Assembly (NCBI GenBank): GCA_016285145.1
Contig: JAEEQE010000009.1
Coordinates: forward strand, 13,304 to 77,303
DNA length: 64,000 nt
Direction of reading: 5' to 3'
Source: Bacteroidales bacterium
GTDB lineage: Bacteria > Bacteroidota > Bacteroidia > Bacteroidales > WCHB1-69
In this document: one piece after another, positions 60,275 through 64,000 of the stretch
Numbering within the stretch: position 1 is the first letter of the stretch
How the letters are laid out: the number at the start of each line of letters is the position of its first letter
The notes under the pieces: model-generated
Databases searched by the model: none
What the model was told of the DNA's origin: nothing
What the model saw: only the letters and a program-made list of their open reading frames with translations
Position numbers and translations under genes: made by a program

Positions 60275-61333
60275 TTAAAACTTCCAACAGCGCATGATAT
60301 TCTGTCCTTGGCTTTCCCGCAGGTGCATGGCTCCGCCTAAACATTGCCGGTAGTCGGAGCAGTGGGCACAGGGACCGCGGCGCATCCATTCCCGATCGCG
60401 CATAATCTGGAAACGATTGTTCCAAACCTCCATAAGGTCATCATGGTATATGTTTCCTTGCACGAATGATCGGTTGATATTGGGGCACGCGGAGATGTCT
60501 CCGTTGATGAGCACGGAGCCGATATTGATGCCAGCACGGCAGAAGAAGTAGCTGTCGCGGACGCTCTCTTCGTATTTTCCTGTGTAGGCTTCGCAGCTGA
60601 ACTTGAGGTCGATTTTCCCTTCTCGGCGTGTGTTGGCGATGAAAAGGAACAAGGATTCTACCTGTGTGCGGGTGAGTTGCAGCTCGTGGTCGCGGGCGGC
60701 ACGTCCGATGGGGGCGATGGTGAACAGCCGCCAGTGCCGGATGCCGTTGGCGATGAGCACCTCCTTGAGAGCTGGAAGTTCCGCCAGATTTCGTTGGTGA
60801 ACGCAGGTTACCACGTCGTAAGTTAGTTGCGGTGCGCTGGCAATGAGTCTCAAAGCCCGCAAGGCCCGCCGAAAACTCTCGGGATGCTGTCGCAGCCAAT
60901 TGTGCGTCTCCTCCAGACCATCAAGACTCACCGTTACAGAGCCCATACCCGCCGCCAAAAGCTCTTTATGGCGAGCTTCGTCGTATAACATGCCGTTAGT
61001 GACGATTCCCCATTGGAAGCCATGCTGGCGCAACGCACGCCCGCAGTCGGCCAAGTCTTTGCGCAACAACGGCTCGCCACCCGTAATGGCAATGATGGTG
61101 GTGTTGCGCGGATAGCGTTTCTCCAAAGGCTTTATGGCATTGAGAAAGTCGTCAAAGGGCATGTCTTGGACACACGCTTCGGCCTTGCAGTCGCTACCGC
61201 AATGCCGGCACGACAGATTGCACCGCCAGGTACATTCCCAAAACAAATAGTTCAGTTCGTGAATTTCTGTCTCATTACGACGAAAGACCCGAAACAGCCA
61301 TCTCTTGAAAGGGTTTCGCCTATTCGTCTTCAT
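60275..61333 (-). CDS. Radical SAM enzyme with C-terminal SPASM domain
   Basis: CNLSCRHC is the CX3CX2C motif, with GGEPLL downstream. SPASM cysteines lie in CRAG...CPNI...GPCAHCSDYRQC. It overlaps the upstream lipoprotein gene by 14 nt. Confidence 0.85.
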   Translation of the reverse strand: MKTNRRNPFKRWLFRVFRRNETEIHELNYLFWECTWRCNLSCRHCGSDCKAEACVQDMPFDDFLNAIKPLEKRYPRNTTIIAITGGEPLLRKDLADCGRALRQHGFQWGIVTNGMLYDEARHKELLAAGMGSVTVSLDGLEETHNWLRQHPESFRRALRALRLIASAPQLTYDVVTCVHQRNLAELPALKEVLIANGIRHWRLFTIAPIGRAARDHELQLTRTQVESLFLFIANTRREGKIDLKFSCEAYTGKYEESVRDSYFFCRAGINIGSVLINGDISACPNINRSFVQGNIYHDDLMEVWNNRFQIMRDREWMRRGPCAHCSDYRQCLGGAMHLRESQGQNIMRCWKF

Positions 61334-61742
61334 GAACCCGGTTAACTGTCAGCTGTATGGGTGAATGCAGGTCTTCGAATGAAAGCGTGGTGGTCTTCGA
61401 CTCATACAGGCCATGTTCTGTGCTGTCGGTATCCCATAGATAGACATGGTAAGTGTCGAACCATAGAATGTACTTGGGGTTAGCATCTCCGAAGGAGCCA
61501 GTGTTGTCGGTCGTGTCTATTATGCCCTCCGGCACTCCTTCTCCAAAACCAATGGCGATACCTTCCACGGGCTCTTGGGTTTCGGCATCTGTGACAACGC
61601 CAAAAATCTGGACTTCCTCTTCGAAAGTCGGCGGCCCATAGCAAGCCTGGAAGGTAAACATCAGAGCGGTGGCGGAGAACGAGCCGAACAAGAACCGGAT
61701 CAGCTGTTGCTTTTTCTCTTTGATTTTCTGAATGAGCTTCAT
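61320..61742 (-). CDS. Small lipoprotein translationally coupled to the radical SAM/SPASM gene (carboxypeptidase-regulatory-like fold suspected)
   Basis: MKLIQKIKEKKQQLIRFLFGSFSATALMFTFQACYG (lipobox FQAC), then GVVTDAETQEPVEG, reminiscent of CarboxypepD_reg. Paralog at 37337..37756. Confidence 0.75.
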   Translation of the reverse strand: MKLIQKIKEKKQQLIRFLFGSFSATALMFTFQACYGPPTFEEEVQIFGVVTDAETQEPVEGIAIGFGEGVPEGIIDTTDNTGSFGDANPKYILWFDTYHVYLWDTDSTEHGLYESKTTTLSFEDLHSPIQLTVNRVHEDE

Positions 61743-61771
61743 TGTTCTCTTTTAAGATTGACAAAGATGCT

Positions 61772-62977
61772 CTATTCGTGCGCATAGACTGGTAGCGGCT
61801 GGTCGATGACTTCGTGCCAGGGCAGTCCGTAGCCGCCAATTTCCTTCATGAAGGGATCCGGATCGAACTGTTCCACGTTGAACACGCCCGTGCCTTTCCA
61901 GGTGCCGGTGAGGATCATCTTGGCGCAGAGCATGGCGGGCACGCCCGTGGTGTACGAAACGGCCTGTGCTCCAATCTCTTTGAAACATTCGGCGTGGTCG
62001 CAGTTGTTGTACACATAGTAGGTGCGCTCTTTCCCGTCTTTTATACCTTTGATTTGGCAGCCGATGGATGTCTGTCCGTGGTAGCCTTCGCCCAAGGAAG
62101 AGGGCTCTGGCAATACGGCTTTCAGGAATTGCAGCGGCACGATGTCGATACCTTGGTATTTAATGGGTTTTATGCTGGTCATGCCGATTTCCTGCAGCAC
62201 GTTGAGCACGGTGATGTATTTCTGGCCGAAAGTCATCCAGAAGCGGGCGCGCTTGATGGAAGGATAGCTGCGCACCAGCGATTCCAGTTCCTCGTGGTAG
62301 AGCAGGTAGGATTCGCGTTCGCCGATGTTGGGGTATTCCACGGGGCGGTGGATCGACATCGGGTCAATCTCAATCCATTGGCCGTTCTCCCAGTATTTGC
62401 CGCGTTGGGTGATCTCGCGGATGTTAATCTCGGGATTGAAATTGGTGGCGAAGGCCTTGCCGTGGTCGCCGGCGTTGCAGTCCACGATGTCGAGATAGTG
62501 GATTTCATCGAAATAGTGCTTGGCGGCGTAGGCAGTGTAGATGCTGGTCACGCCCGGGTCGAAGCCGCAGCCGAGCAATGCCATGATGCCGGCCTCTTTG
62601 AAGCGGTCCTGGTAGGCCCACTGCCAGCTGTACTCGAATTTGGCCTTGTCGCGGGGCTCGTAGTTGGCCGTGTCCATGTAGTTGGTTTTCGTTGCCAAAC
62701 AGGCATCCATGAGCGGAAGGTCCTGGTAGGGCAGGGCCACGTTGATCAGCAGGTCGGGTTTGTAGCTTTCGATCAGGCGGATGGTTTCCTCCACATTGTC
62801 GGCATCCACCTGCGCGGTCTGGATGCGGTTGCCTCCGATTTCGGCTGCGATCTTGTCGCATTTGGATTTGGTGCGGGAGGCGAGCATGATTTCCGTGAAG
62901 ACTTCCGGTACGGAAGCGCATTTGTGGGCTACTACGGCTCCTACGCCGCCGGCCCCGATGATGAGAACTTTTGCCAT
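61772..62977 (-). CDS. Carboxynorspermidine/carboxyspermidine dehydrogenase (saccharopine dehydrogenase family)
   Basis: MAKVLIIGAGGVGAVVAHKCA Rossmann motif, GCGFDPGVTS, about 400 aa, typical of the Bacteroidales alternative spermidine pathway enzyme. Confidence 0.8.
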   Translation of the reverse strand: MAKVLIIGAGGVGAVVAHKCASVPEVFTEIMLASRTKSKCDKIAAEIGGNRIQTAQVDADNVEETIRLIESYKPDLLINVALPYQDLPLMDACLATKTNYMDTANYEPRDKAKFEYSWQWAYQDRFKEAGIMALLGCGFDPGVTSIYTAYAAKHYFDEIHYLDIVDCNAGDHGKAFATNFNPEINIREITQRGKYWENGQWIEIDPMSIHRPVEYPNIGERESYLLYHEELESLVRSYPSIKRARFWMTFGQKYITVLNVLQEIGMTSIKPIKYQGIDIVPLQFLKAVLPEPSSLGEGYHGQTSIGCQIKGIKDGKERTYYVYNNCDHAECFKEIGAQAVSYTTGVPAMLCAKMILTGTWKGTGVFNVEQFDPDPFMKEIGGYGLPWHEVIDQPLPVYAHE

Positions 62978-63014
62978 ATTCGTTGTTTTATTTGGGTTAT
63001 TTCATAATGAGCCG

Positions 63015-63022
63015 CAAAGATA
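63015..63022 (-). promoter_or_regulatory. -7 promoter box (TATCTTTG on minus strand) for the dehydrogenase-lipoprotein-rSAM transcription unit
   Basis: Exact TAnnTTTG, 38 nt upstream of ATG 62977. Confidence 0.5.
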
Positions 63023-63070
63023 AATAAAATACAGAAACGGAACGTTTTTGATATTCCCCCAAGTTTTTTG

Positions 63071-63078
63071 TATTTTTG
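63071..63078 (+). promoter_or_regulatory. -7 promoter box (TATTTTTG)
   Basis: Exact TAnnTTTG, 10 nt upstream of ATG 63088. Confidence 0.5.
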
Positions 63079-63087
63079 CACCCTTTT

Positions 63088-64000
63088 ATGAAACGAATCA
63101 TCGCCTATATCATCCTGATCTGCTGCGGCCTCAGTGTTGCCGCCCAGAAGGACTACGGCTTCCGCCTGTGGGAAGACTCGCTGATCACCCTGCGAGACCA
63201 GGTGATGAACGAGCCCGACGAGACCGCCCGCTTGGCTCTGAACGAGGATTTCATGACCCTGCTGGAAGAGGTACTGCAACAACCGCACTCGTTTGAGCAC
63301 AAATGGGATTCTGTCAAGAACTTCGCCGTGCTGACCTCCCCCGACAATGTGTTCCGCATTTTCACTTGGTATGTGATGAAACAGGATTATTCCGTGGAAA
63401 ATTTCGGTTTTATCCAGATTTATAACGAGGGTAGAAAAAAATTCCTGCTTTTCCCTCTGTATGACAAACGTAATACCATCGATTATCCCAAAACGATGAT
63501 TGGCAACCATAACCGCTGGTATGGCGCGGTTTATTACAAGATAATTCCCGTGAAGGAAAAGGATTTCACCTATTATACACTGTTGGGCTGGAATGGCAAT
63601 AATTTGCTCACCAATCAGAAAATCATCGAGGTTTTGCATTTCAATAAAGAGAAAGTGCCGATTTTCGGAGGACGTATTTTCAAGAACTACCCCGAAAAGG
63701 TCAGCCGTGTCATCTTCGAATATTCCAAAAACGCCACGCTTCACCTCAATTACGAGCAACAGCAGTATCTGGTCAGCACGGGGAAATACAACCCCAAGAC
63801 GAGAGAGGTGGAATACAGGACAATAAATTCGCCGATGATCATTTTTGACGAGTTGATCCCGATGGAGGAGGGCCTTTCCAGCGCCGCCTTCATGGTGCCC
63901 GAGTCCAGCCTGAGCCAGGGTTTCGTGGAGGAATCGGGCCGTTGGGTCTTCATGAAGAACGTGCGCGGCACTAACCCCGACAAGGTGAAGCCCGACTACC
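63088..64000 (+). CDS. Secreted hypothetical protein (3'-truncated by window edge)
   Basis: The frame stays open from ATG 63088 to the window end. It is absent from the ORF track, presumably because no stop is reached. Signal peptide MKRIIAYIILICCGLSVAAQ and a -7 box upstream. The opposite-strand ORF 62941..63759 is judged a shadow ORF. Confidence 0.65.
   Translation, partial: MKRIIAYIILICCGLSVAAQKDYGFRLWEDSLITLRDQVMNEPDETARLALNEDFMTLLEEVLQQPHSFEHKWDSVKNFAVLTSPDNVFRIFTWYVMKQDYSVENFGFIQIYNEGRKKFLLFPLYDKRNTIDYPKTMIGNHNRWYGAVYYKIIPVKEKDFTYYTLLGWNGNNLLTNQKIIEVLHFNKEKVPIFGGRIFKNYPEKVSRVIFEYSKNATLHLNYEQQQYLVSTGKYNPKTREVEYRTINSPMIIFDELIPMEEGLSSAAFMVPESSLSQGFVEESGRWVFMKNVRGTNPDKVKPDY

Noticed and set aside
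62941-63759. 272-aa minus-strand ORF covering the last kilobase.
   Set aside because: It would run through both divergent promoter boxes (63015 and 63071). The opposite strand has an uninterrupted frame from ATG 63088 to the window end, with a signal peptide and a protein-like composition.

Overview
The window looks like a chromosomal segment of a Bacteroidota genome, Bacteroidales and probably Prevotellaceae-like. The evidence is many type IX secretion (T9SS) C-terminal sorting domains, perfect Bacteroides-type TAnnTTTG -7 promoter boxes in front of most operons, the ftsX-DUF3098-uppP-truB synteny, and a glycine-lipid acyltransferase pair. I found about 60 protein genes. I recognised no rRNA, tRNA, CRISPR array or intact IS element.

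Core content:
- Sugar-nucleotide and envelope genes: CapD-like dehydratase, Gfo/Idh/MocA oxidoreductase, rfbB, a GT4 glycosyltransferase, and two MBOAT O-acyltransferase pairs.
- radA, a PurF-like gene, ddl, two tandem glucosaminidase/LysM hydrolases, an M23 peptidase and an MsbA-like ABC exporter.
- A four-gene electron-bifurcating-type [FeFe]-hydrogenase operon.
- Carboxynorspermidine dehydrogenase.

Accessory or unusual content:
1. A radical SAM/SPASM gene is translationally coupled to a small lipoprotein. That lipoprotein has a strongly related but unlinked paralog 23.6 kb away.
2. A visibly AT-richer islet (about 24.4-28.8 kb) carries an uncharacterised dikinase-like enzyme coupled to an unknown 338-aa protein.
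3. A HepT/MntA toxin-antitoxin cassette sits next to that islet. It is bracketed by a ~128-bp direct duplication of the hydrogenase operon's 3' end and terminator.
4. A second HEPN/MNT pair lies beside radA.
5. A family of AT-rich heptad-repeat elements occurs at three gene 3' ends.
6. There are several decayed, orphan or internal T9SS sorting domains.
7. There is a fused C10 cysteine-protease / M6-like metalloprotease T9SS cargo.
8. A membrane-LytTR-wHTH regulator sits behind a repeat-rich control region.

All calls rest on reading motifs by eye. No database search was run.
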